From NCBI GenBank assembly GCA_013314855.1, contig JABUEW010000002.1, forward strand, positions 13,511-77,510: DNA of 64,000 bases. Direction: 5' to 3'. This DNA comes from Bacillota bacterium (lineage in GTDB: Bacteria > Bacillota > Clostridia > Acetivibrionales > DUMC01). How positions within the stretch are numbered: the stretch's first letter is position 1; the number at the start of each line of letters is the position of its first letter. The translations under genes and the position numbers were made by a program. Under the pieces are notes generated by a model, which was given only the letters and a program-made list of their open reading frames with translations, had not been told where the DNA came from and did no database searches. This document shows, piece by piece, positions 55,950-64,000 of this stretch.

Positions 55950-57047
55950 TTACCACACAACAGACGGATGGCCGTGGATGTTAGGCAACCTGTTGGGCCG
56001 TACTAGTGCGCCGCCTTCTTCATAAGAAGTTATTGCAGCAAATGTATATTCCAGTGTTGCCAAAGCATCCCTGCCTGATGCCCTTATAAATTCCTTTGGC
56101 ACCCCGTTCGTAATATCTTCAAGGAATGCATGGAGCCTTGTGGGGAAGGTTGAGTTAAAATCGGTAATTCCCGTATTGAAAACTTCAGGAGCCGGCGCTT
56201 CCTTCTCCCCAGGCTTTGGCGATGCCCAGAAGGTAAGTTTTTCAACACAGTTTTCAATACAAAAAGTGCCTTTTGTACCTGCCATTTCAAAGCTCCACCA
56301 GCCTCCCAGGCCAAACATCGCATCACCGCGCTGGGACAGTAAATATCCTACACTTCCGTTTTCAAAGCGGACATGTATGCTGTTGATAGAAAGCATCAGG
56401 TCATCTGCGCTTTTCCTTACACCGGGTTTATTCATAAATGCCTGTACATGCGTAATATCTCCGCAAAAATAGCGCATAACACTAAAAGGATGGGCAAGAA
56501 ACGCCTTTACATGGGAATACGGGCGCTGCCACCTTGGGCTTCCTACTCCTCCATAAGTTGCCTCCCCGCCGTTAAAGCCCATTTTATGAAGGCAATATAC
56601 CGGCTCACCAACTTTTCCCTCTTTTATATATTGTTTCGCTTTATCTGCCGGCTGGGTGAAATAGTGGTTTAAATTACATCCAAGGTAAACATCCTTTTCT
56701 GCCGCAAAGCGTACCATTTCCCTTGCTTCACTAATATCATTGGATATGGGTTTTTCTACCAGGACATGCTTTCCTGCATCAATAGCTTCCATAACAGGAA
56801 CATAGTGCCAGCTGCCATTTTCATAACCGCTGGTGGTAACATCAATAATATCTAACTCAGGATGGGCTTTCAGCATTTCCTTCAAGCTGTAGTATGCCTT
56901 AACCCCATGCCTTTCAGCAGCAGCATCTGCCTTTTCTTTTATAATATCGCATACTGCCGTAAGCTCTGCGAGAGGGTCTTTGTTATAACACTCAGCATGG
57001 AGATTTCCTATGCCGCCCATTCCTACTATACCTATTTTTAGAGCCAT
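55950..57047 (-). CDS. Gfo/Idh/MocA-family oxidoreductase (365 aa)
   Basis: IGIVGMGGIGNLHA Rossmann motif and VLVEKP motif. Paralogous to 58077-59087. Confidence 0.85.
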   Translation of the reverse strand: MALKIGIVGMGGIGNLHAECYNKDPLAELTAVCDIIKEKADAAAERHGVKAYYSLKEMLKAHPELDIIDVTTSGYENGSWHYVPVMEAIDAGKHVLVEKPISNDISEAREMVRFAAEKDVYLGCNLNHYFTQPADKAKQYIKEGKVGEPVYCLHKMGFNGGEATYGGVGSPRWQRPYSHVKAFLAHPFSVMRYFCGDITHVQAFMNKPGVRKSADDLMLSINSIHVRFENGSVGYLLSQRGDAMFGLGGWWSFEMAGTKGTFCIENCVEKLTFWASPKPGEKEAPAPEVFNTGITDFNSTFPTRLHAFLEDITNGVPKEFIRASGRDALATLEYTFAAITSYEEGGALVRPNRLPNIHGHPSVVW

Positions 57048-57129
57048 ATAAAATTCCCACCTTTCAAAATATAGTTAAAAATATATATATTGACTTCGTA
57101 AATAAATTTTTAATTCTAGGAAATAAATT

Positions 57130-57996
57130 TTAATTTTCTTCATTTTTACGAAATACTGTAGGTGAAACACCCACAACTTGCTTAAATTGCCGTGAAAAAT
57201 TGCTTATATCACCAAATCCTGCACTCCTTGCAATCTCCGCAACAGGCATATTTGTTGTTTTAAGTTTTTCCATGGCCTTTGCAATTCTGTAATTACGCAA
57301 GTATTCAACAGGAGATAAACCCACTGCATTTTTAAATTGACGCGATATATAGTCAGGTGATAATTTGACCATGCTTGCCATTTCTTTCATTAAGAAATCC
57401 CGCTGGTAGTTCTCCTCCATAAACTTTAAAGCGTTATAAATATGAGGCAAGTACACTTTGTTATTTACATTTGTACCGGAATAATGGTTGCTGTATAGTC
57501 TTGAGTACAATACCAAAAAACTTACCAAAAGGCTTTTCATATTAAGTTCCCATCCAATACCGCGGTTAACCTGTTCCCACTTCATTTTTTCAAGGCAAAG
57601 TAAAACTTCACGCCTTTCAGCAAAATCCAAATGAAGTTTTTCCCATTTAGACTGCCGTTCGCCCAGTATCTGGCTCATACCGGGTAGTTTAACGATTTCT
57701 GAAGAAAATCCGTCTAAAGCCTCCATATAAAACAGGCAATTGTATAAATAGGTATGATGGGCGCTTATATATGCATGTACTTCACCGGGCCTTATGGTAA
57801 ATAAATCGCCGGATGTAAGGATGGTTGTTTCATCATTGCATGAATGCATGGAAAAACCTTTGTCAATATAAACTATTTCAAAGAAGGAATGGCTGTGCAA
57901 CCATACCTTGCCATGATGTTCCGTATCCATAATTGCAATAGGAAAGTCTCTATCTTCAAAATCCAGGATGTTTTCTTCTTTTCCCAAAACAGCCAT
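57130..57996 (-). CDS. AraC-family regulator (cupin sensor + 2x HTH)
   Basis: N-terminal cupin-like HSHSFFEIVYI..G. C-terminal LSPDYISRQFK...GVSPTVFR HTH_18 pattern. Embedded between the two oxidoreductase genes. Confidence 0.85.
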   Translation of the reverse strand: MAVLGKEENILDFEDRDFPIAIMDTEHHGKVWLHSHSFFEIVYIDKGFSMHSCNDETTILTSGDLFTIRPGEVHAYISAHHTYLYNCLFYMEALDGFSSEIVKLPGMSQILGERQSKWEKLHLDFAERREVLLCLEKMKWEQVNRGIGWELNMKSLLVSFLVLYSRLYSNHYSGTNVNNKVYLPHIYNALKFMEENYQRDFLMKEMASMVKLSPDYISRQFKNAVGLSPVEYLRNYRIAKAMEKLKTTNMPVAEIARSAGFGDISNFSRQFKQVVGVSPTVFRKNEEN

Positions 57997-58076
57997 TATC
58001 CTTCACTTGCTCCTTTTTCTTCTCTTTTCTCTTTTCTCTTTTTCTTTAACGTTTGTTAATAACTTAATAGTTTCCA

Positions 58077-59087
58077 CTATCTCTTAACAGTTTCTACCTT
58101 AATGGGTAGCCCTGTTTTAATAGATTCTATAGCTGCATGAATTACACGGCTTGCCTCAAGGCCATGTTCACCGGAGCCATCAATATCTTCAGGCCTATCG
58201 CCCCTTGCCACTTGGTTTACAAAGCAGGTAATCCTATCGCGAAATGTATCATAGAAGTCACGGAATCCTCCAAATACAGGATTGGTGTAAACCTGCTTTA
58301 CAAGGCTGTCAGCAGGATAAAGGACAGCCTCCCTCCACATATCCTCAAGTACTGCACGCCCTTTTGTACCTGCAACCTCGCAACGTTCCATCGGGTGTCC
58401 CCGCTTTATGTCATATGAGCTTGTCAAATGGCCAACAGCTCCATTCTTAAATTTAACGTTTATAGAAGCGGTTGACCAGATATCCCTGCCCGGTGCCTTG
58501 GTTGCAAAGCAGTGGACGGTATCAACATCACCGCCAAAATAGCGCATGATATCCACACTATGTGGGTTAAGGGCTTTGAGGTGATAATATTCGGAGTCAA
58601 AAGAGGGATCAAACCTTCCTATCCATAATGCCATATTTATAAACAGCAGGTGCCCCAAATGCCCTTCATCCTGCCACTGTTTTACAATGCGCGCTGCAGG
58701 AGTAAACCGATGGTTTAAGTTGATGGCAAAGCACCTGTTTAACCTTTTTGCCGTATCCACCATTATTTGTGCCTTTTCAAGGTCATTGCAAATAGGCTTT
58801 TCACATAATACGTGGCAACCTGCTTCAAGAGCCTGTATTGTGGGCAGATAATGATCACTTGAATATTCGAATCCTCCTGTAGTGACACTGCAGATATCCG
58901 GTTTTAATTCATTAAGCATTTTTTCCGCATCCGGATACCAGGGAACACCAAACTTTTTGCCGGCAGCTTCCGCCCTCTCCCGGATGATATCACAGACACC
59001 TACGAGTTCAACGTCTTTACACTCTGTATAAACACTTGCGTGGGTGTTTCCTATGTTACCCATTCCGATAACACATACTCTTAGCAT
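58077..59087 (-). CDS. Gfo/Idh/MocA-family oxidoreductase (336 aa)
   Basis: VCVIGMGNIGNTHA Rossmann motif and VLCEKP motif. Confidence 0.85.
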   Translation of the reverse strand: MLRVCVIGMGNIGNTHASVYTECKDVELVGVCDIIRERAEAAGKKFGVPWYPDAEKMLNELKPDICSVTTGGFEYSSDHYLPTIQALEAGCHVLCEKPICNDLEKAQIMVDTAKRLNRCFAINLNHRFTPAARIVKQWQDEGHLGHLLFINMALWIGRFDPSFDSEYYHLKALNPHSVDIMRYFGGDVDTVHCFATKAPGRDIWSTASINVKFKNGAVGHLTSSYDIKRGHPMERCEVAGTKGRAVLEDMWREAVLYPADSLVKQVYTNPVFGGFRDFYDTFRDRITCFVNQVARGDRPEDIDGSGEHGLEASRVIHAAIESIKTGLPIKVETVKR

Positions 59088-59134
59088 TTATAGTCCTTCT
59101 TTCATTTTTATTGACCTTTATTTATATTAACATT

Positions 59135-59177
59135 GATATTCACTCGGATATTCACTCGCAATTATTCATAATTATTC
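59135..59177. repeat. Two adjacent direct-repeat pairs between the sulfatase-like and oxidoreductase genes
   Basis: gatattcactcg x2 (59135-59146 and 59147-59158), then aattattc x2 (59160-59167 and 59170-59177). Confidence 0.75.
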
Positions 59178-59195
59178 CCGCTTCCGTCACAAAAA

Positions 59196-60590
59196 CTAAT
59201 CCTTTTTCTGGGCAAGCATAGCCTGAAGTTTTTTTGCAGCCTCAGGGTCGCCTATGTGAAGAGCATCATATGCCTGCTGTGATGTCTTAAAAGGCCCGCA
59301 CCCTTTTCCATGCCAATCAAGATTGTTATACATGGGATTTTCCCTTCCGGTTTCCTTTTCACGTTTTGCTATATGTTGAAACATACGTTCCTCAAGCATC
59401 TTTACAACTCCAGGTTCTTTTTCAGCAACATTATTATTTTCTTCCGGGTCCTTAATTAAATTATAAAGCTCTACTTCAGGCTTGAAGTGGAAATCCGGCT
59501 CCAAGGCACGGATAAGTTTCCATTCGGGAGTTCTCCAACCATGCTTTCTCATCCATGTACATTCGGTGATATAGAATTCCGGTTCCGGCTCCCTATACTC
59601 ACCCCTTGTTAAAGGCATAAGACTTCTTCCATCGAAACGAATACCGGTATCAATTCCCAGGATCTCCAAAATTGTAGGCATAATATCCTTAAGCTGGCAA
59701 TAATCCGTATACCTCTTCCCTTCAGGAAGTTTTCCCGGGAAACGCAGCACCAAGGGGACAGTCAACGTACAATCATAAAGTCCGTGATGATCAAAGTAAC
59801 AGTCATGGTCATAGAGAGTTTCCCCATGGTCGGATGTAATAACAACCAGGGTTTCGCCTTCAATGCCCAAAGCTTCCAGTTTGGTTAGGATATTCTGTAT
59901 GCAGGCATCCATATAAGCAATTGCACCATCGTACTGGGCAATTATATAATCCTTATCGGTGCATCCCGGTGGGAACCAGGTCAAGAAATAGTCCCTGAAA
60001 GGCTTAAACTGATATACAGGTTCAAGGGATTTATTATTTGGGTCAAACTCATTTCCGCCATAGAATATTCTGTGAAATGGTTCTGGAGGAAGATATGGAG
60101 AATGAGGGTCCATGTGGCGCATAAAAAGGAAGAACGGTTTGTCTTCCTTTGCAAGGCGTTCCAATTCGGGAATAGCTACCTTGTTGAGATTTTCAGCTTT
60201 TGGTGAGCGTCCCTTTTCCCAGGAACCCCAGGCCTCATATTCAATATACTTGCCAAAGCCACGGGATGCAGGATTACCGCCAAATCCAATACATGTGGAA
60301 TTGTACCCGTTTTCATTAAGTACCTCTGCCAGAGTTTTTATTCCATCTGCAATTCCGCCTTTATGTCTTAAAGCTACAATATTTGTTCCGAAGCAATCCA
60401 TACCGGTAAGCATAGAGCCATAACCTGATGTAGTAGGTACACTAGGGCTAAAACAGTGCTCAAACACTATACCTCCCTGGGCATATTTATCTATATGGGG
60501 TGTAGTAAGGTGCTCATAGCCGTAAAGGCTCATATGGTCAGACCTTAGGCTGTCAATTCCGAATAACACTAAATTAGGTTTTTTAGCCAT
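59196..60590 (-). CDS. Alkaline-phosphatase-superfamily 'sulfatase-like' enzyme lacking the C/S-x-P-x-R formylglycine motif
   Basis: Sulfatase-fold motifs PNLVLFGIDSLRSDH, HMDPHSPY and ITSDHGE. At the nucleophile site the sequence is FSPSVPTTSGYGSMLTG instead of C/S-x-P-S-R-xxx-LTG. No signal peptide. Start at MAKKPN (60590) after AAAGGAG. Confidence 0.75.
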   Translation of the reverse strand: MAKKPNLVLFGIDSLRSDHMSLYGYEHLTTPHIDKYAQGGIVFEHCFSPSVPTTSGYGSMLTGMDCFGTNIVALRHKGGIADGIKTLAEVLNENGYNSTCIGFGGNPASRGFGKYIEYEAWGSWEKGRSPKAENLNKVAIPELERLAKEDKPFFLFMRHMDPHSPYLPPEPFHRIFYGGNEFDPNNKSLEPVYQFKPFRDYFLTWFPPGCTDKDYIIAQYDGAIAYMDACIQNILTKLEALGIEGETLVVITSDHGETLYDHDCYFDHHGLYDCTLTVPLVLRFPGKLPEGKRYTDYCQLKDIMPTILEILGIDTGIRFDGRSLMPLTRGEYREPEPEFYITECTWMRKHGWRTPEWKLIRALEPDFHFKPEVELYNLIKDPEENNNVAEKEPGVVKMLEERMFQHIAKREKETGRENPMYNNLDWHGKGCGPFKTSQQAYDALHIGDPEAAKKLQAMLAQKKD

Positions 60591-60609
60591 ACTTATATCT
60601 CCTTTCATT

Positions 60610-61407
60610 TTATCTTGCTCCAAGTATTTTAAGACATGCATTCATATACCCATAACTTTCAGCCGCAATAATGGATGCAGCAATCATGTCCTGTCCAGGG
60701 CCGATAACTTCCAGGCAAACAGGCCCATCATATCCGGCATCCACCATTGCTTTAAAATAACCAAACAGGTTTATATCACCTCTGCCGCATGCTTGCAATG
60801 CAGGTTCACCCGGACTGGGACCCCGGCCTTTACAATCACGGATATGTATATGCTTTACCCTGCTTATTACTTGGGGCAGTGCTTCTTCCGGAAACTCTCC
60901 CGCACGGTAAATGTGACTTGGGTCCATGTCAATACCAAAAGCAGGACTTTTTATATAACCCATAGCTTTAAGCGTTGTAGGAGTATTATATATTGCTGCA
61001 CCTACATGGGCTTTTACGCAAAGAGTAACACCGAATTCTTCAGCTTTTTCAGACATTTTTGCAATGGTGTCAAGGCTTGCTTTAAGACTCTCTTCATCGT
61101 CAGCTTTTCCTCCCGGCCCGATGTTAATAACCGGGATACCTATTTCCTTGGCTGCTTCAAATGCCTTCATAAGCCTGTCTTCGTCAAGGGAGGCTACCTC
61201 GGATGACAACATCATGAGTCCGAATTCTTCCATAACTGCCTTAATATCTTCCTTTTGTGCTTTCCAATTATCAAGGTTTAAATGCTCGCACATACCTTTA
61301 ATAGCAGAAATCTCCAGACCATCATAACCTGCTGCTTTGATCGCTTTTGCCGCCTCTTTAAGAGAATACGCTTTGAAAAGTACAGTATTTACTCCAAGTT
61401 TTATCAT
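60610..61407 (-). CDS. Xylose-isomerase-like TIM-barrel protein (sugar phosphate isomerase/epimerase family)
   Basis: AP_endonuc_2-type pattern: MIKLGVNTVLF, GYDGLEIS, VKHIHIRD and VCLEV. Confidence 0.8.
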   Translation of the reverse strand: MIKLGVNTVLFKAYSLKEAAKAIKAAGYDGLEISAIKGMCEHLNLDNWKAQKEDIKAVMEEFGLMMLSSEVASLDEDRLMKAFEAAKEIGIPVINIGPGGKADDEESLKASLDTIAKMSEKAEEFGVTLCVKAHVGAAIYNTPTTLKAMGYIKSPAFGIDMDPSHIYRAGEFPEEALPQVISRVKHIHIRDCKGRGPSPGEPALQACGRGDINLFGYFKAMVDAGYDGPVCLEVIGPGQDMIAASIIAAESYGYMNACLKILGAR

Positions 61408-61857
61408 CGTTCTCACCCTTTTGGGCATTCACTCCTTTCAAATTAAATTATTTATAATCCTTTCTTTATCCTTCCTTTTTTCCCTGAAACATAATGTCTT
61501 TTATTGAAATCCAACAACTGAGAGTATTTTATTAAAGATATTTAAAGAAAGGACAAAATTCAAATTTTTAATTAATATTATGCATCCATTAATAATGCCA
61601 TCTTAATTATACAGCGAATAAAATTACTCTTCAATTAAATTACTTGATTTGTTCTAATATCGTTACGGAATATGCATAATCCATTATGTTTTTGCAAAAT
61701 AATATTGAGAACTTATTATGGACAAAATACAAAGAAAATAGATAGTGATGTTGTCGAGTCTGACCATCCGGTAGTCCGGGAATCGGCAAATTACATTAAG
61801 TAACAAAGCGTTAAAGCTATAAAGTAATATAGCGTAATTAAATTTAGCTTATATGAA

Positions 61858-61894
61858 CCGGGAGTACAAGGCTAAATAAGCTTTGTACTCCCGG
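61858..61894 (-). terminator. Hairpin after the citrate synthase gene
   Basis: CCGGGAGTACAA / TTGTACTCCCGG form a 12-bp stem. The U-tract is weak. Confidence 0.45.
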
Positions 61895-61905
61895 TAGTTT
61901 AAAAA

Positions 61906-63282
61906 TCATTGTCTCTCATCCAAAGGTATATATTTTTTAGGCGCAGCTACATTCCTGTAAGCAGGCCTTATTATTTTGCTTCCGTCAACCAGCTCTTCTA
62001 TCCTGTGGGCACACCATCCAGCAACCCTGGCAATAGCAAAGATCGGTGCATATAATTCCACAGGAATATCCAGCATTTTATATACAAAGCCGGAATAAAA
62101 GTCTACATTTGCACACATGGGTTTATTTGTATTTTTAGCCTTGTGGAAAACTTTTGGCGATAATTTCTCAACCCTTTCAAAAAGTCTGAATTCTTCTTCA
62201 AAACCTTTTTCCATTGCAAGTTCTTCAGCTTTTTTCTTTAATATTACCGCCCTCGGGTCAGAAAGTGTATATACTGCATGGCCCATACCATAAATTAATC
62301 CTGATTTGTCAAAAGCCTCTTTATTAATAATCTTTTCCAGGTATCTTTCGAGTTCTTCTTCATCTTCCCAGTCTTTTACATTATTCTTAATGTCATCCAT
62401 CATCATCATTACTTTTATGTTTGCTCCACCATGTTTTGGACCCTTAAGAGAACCTAAACCGGCAGCTATGGCAGAATAAGTATCTGTCCCTGTAGAGCTT
62501 ACAACATGGATTGTAAAGGTTGAATTATTGCCTCCTCCATGTTCTGCATGGAGCACAAGGGCAAGGTCAAGAATTTCAGCTTCACTTTGTGTATATTTGC
62601 TATCAGGCCTTATCATATGCAGTATGTTCTCAGCAGTGCTTAAATGACGTTGTGGTTTATGAATATAAAGGCTTTTACCTTTGTAATAATGGGCCAGGGC
62701 TTGATATCCATAAGCTGCAAGAGTAGGAAACTGTGCTATTAACTCTATGCTTTGGCGTACCACATTGGTTATACAGGTATCATCGGGATTTTCGTCATAA
62801 GAATAAGCCGCAAGGACACTTCTTGCCAACTTGTTCATTATATCTTTACTAGGGGCTTTTAAAATCAAGTCTCGAGTGAATCCATTGGGGAGTTCTCTAT
62901 GCTCCGCCAACAACCATTTGAATTCTTCGAGCTCCTCTCTTTTCGGAAGCTCTCCAAACAACAAAAGATAACAGCATTCTTCAAATCCGAATCTTTTTTC
63001 TTTTTGAAAACCCTCTACCATTTCGCTGATATCAATACCTCTATAAATAAGTTTCCCTTCAACAGGTATTTTTTTATTATCCTCCATCACATACGCGTGG
63101 ACATCACCTATCTCAGTTAACCCAACAAGCACGCCTGTACCATCACTGTTTCTTAACCCAATTTTCACATTATGCTTCCCGTATAATTCAGGATCTATTC
63201 GATTGTTTTTTTCTGCCAAAGTAGCCAAATTATTTATGATGTTTTTAATTTTGACTTCATCTGTTAACTTATTATATACCAT
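61906..63282 (-). CDS. Citrate synthase family enzyme
   Basis: GLIYGMGHAVYTLSDPRA signature, HAEHGGGNNSTF and VDFYSG. Confidence 0.85.
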   Translation of the reverse strand: MVYNKLTDEVKIKNIINNLATLAEKNNRIDPELYGKHNVKIGLRNSDGTGVLVGLTEIGDVHAYVMEDNKKIPVEGKLIYRGIDISEMVEGFQKEKRFGFEECCYLLLFGELPKREELEEFKWLLAEHRELPNGFTRDLILKAPSKDIMNKLARSVLAAYSYDENPDDTCITNVVRQSIELIAQFPTLAAYGYQALAHYYKGKSLYIHKPQRHLSTAENILHMIRPDSKYTQSEAEILDLALVLHAEHGGGNNSTFTIHVVSSTGTDTYSAIAAGLGSLKGPKHGGANIKVMMMMDDIKNNVKDWEDEEELERYLEKIINKEAFDKSGLIYGMGHAVYTLSDPRAVILKKKAEELAMEKGFEEEFRLFERVEKLSPKVFHKAKNTNKPMCANVDFYSGFVYKMLDIPVELYAPIFAIARVAGWCAHRIEELVDGSKIIRPAYRNVAAPKKYIPLDERQ

Positions 63283-63297
63283 TAATTACTCCTCCTT

Positions 63298-63996
63298 CTA
63301 TGTTTTTTCATCTTTATTACATTCATACTTTCCTTTTTTCATAAGATTAATTGTTGCATTTTTAACATGCTCTGTCGTAAGCCGTTCTGCCAATTCAGGT
63401 TCTCTTGCTGCTAAGGCCTGAAAAATAGCTTTATGCTCTTCAAAAGTTTTCTGTGATCTTCCCGGAATTTCTAAAGAAGCGCCTCTGGCTCGTTGGGCAT
63501 AATGGTGGAAAGTGCTTAAAATATACATAAGCGGCCTGCTTTTACTGGCTCTGAATAGTATATCATGGAACCTTGAATCCAATTTGAGTAGATTGCTTGT
63601 GTTTCTACCTTTTAAAGTGTAAAACTCTTCAAGTTCCAGTATTTCTTTTAACTCTTCTAATTCCTCCTGCGTAATATTTTCTGCAGCCCATCTGGCAGCA
63701 AGCCCTTCTATCATCATTCGTATTGTATAAATATCTTCAATATCTTTGTTAGATATTCCCTGTACCACTACTCCTTTACCAGGTATAGATTTAACAAGGC
63801 CTTCGAGCTCAAGCTGTTTTAATGCCTCTCGTATTGGAGTTCTGCTTACGCCAAGTTCTTTAGACAGCTTTGTTTCTACTAAATAATCTCCGGGCTGGTA
63901 CTTTCCGTTAATAATGTCGTTCTGAAGCCGCTTGAAAACCCTTGCACCAAGCGGATTCCCAGCATCACTGTCATCATTATATTCAATTTTAAGCAT
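63298..63996 (-). CDS. GntR-family regulator, FadR/FCD subfamily
   Basis: LSKELGVSRTPIREALKQLELEGLV wHTH and an all-helical FCD-like C-terminal domain. 15 nt upstream of citrate synthase on the same strand. Confidence 0.8.
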   Translation of the reverse strand: MLKIEYNDDSDAGNPLGARVFKRLQNDIINGKYQPGDYLVETKLSKELGVSRTPIREALKQLELEGLVKSIPGKGVVVQGISNKDIEDIYTIRMMIEGLAARWAAENITQEELEELKEILELEEFYTLKGRNTSNLLKLDSRFHDILFRASKSRPLMYILSTFHHYAQRARGASLEIPGRSQKTFEEHKAIFQALAAREPELAERLTTEHVKNATINLMKKGKYECNKDEKT

Positions 63997-64000
63997 AATC

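Noticed and set aside
5771-59177. Checked whether any of the short tandem repeats (5771, 7744, 39656, 54547, 59135) could be CRISPR arrays
   Set aside because: The units are 7-21 nt, with 2-3 copies and no unique spacers of regular length. No cas genes are in the window.

Overview
AT-rich, Clostridia-type chromosomal segment (inferred from gene content: AddAB, SbcCD, rubrerythrin, CUT1 sugar ABC systems). It has dense minus-strand operons. I saw no rRNA, CRISPR array, transposase, integrase or phage genes.

Content from left to right:
- DUF3368/PIN toxin-antitoxin pair at the window edge.
- sbcDC.
- About 11.5 kb GntR(HutC)-controlled sugar locus: CUT1 ABC transporter, two paralogous BadF-type kinase genes, two SIS genes plus a decayed third SIS copy, an MBL hydrolase and a 695-aa glycosidase-like protein of unrecognised family.
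- addBA.
- Two gene remnants (DUF234 ATPase, Gfo/Idh/MocA).
- Seven-gene Mrp/Mbh-type cation/proton antiporter module with a single antiporter-like subunit and no hydrogenase genes.
- Housekeeping genes: PDZ membrane protein, yitJ-type HMT-MTHFR fusion, purine nucleoside phosphorylase, rubrerythrin, nagB-cupin-nagA, acyl-CoA ligase, glutaredoxin-like protein, S41 peptidase and an rsmF-like gene.
- A small zinc-ribbon gene whose Shine-Dalgarno (SD) sequence is buried in a 20-bp hairpin.
- vapBC translationally coupled to rsmF, next to a stand-alone tRNA-Glu(CUC).
- Sugar-acid genes (PfkB kinase, 2-hydroxyacid dehydrogenase, ASRT-family protein).
- About 1.8 kb mosaic of unrelated gene fragments.
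- GH20 hexosaminidase.
- AraC-associated operon: CUT1 ABC transporter, two Gfo/Idh/MocA oxidoreductases, a xylose-isomerase-like TIM barrel and a 'sulfatase-like' enzyme that lacks the formylglycine motif.
- gntR(FCD)-citrate synthase.

The two best candidates for an undescribed system are the AraC/Gfo/TIM/sulfatase-like operon (52.7-61.4 kb), a possible oxidative-eliminative glycoside pathway, and the GntR kinase/SIS/MBL/695-aa locus (6-17.4 kb). All functional calls rest on motifs read by eye from the translations. No database search was run.
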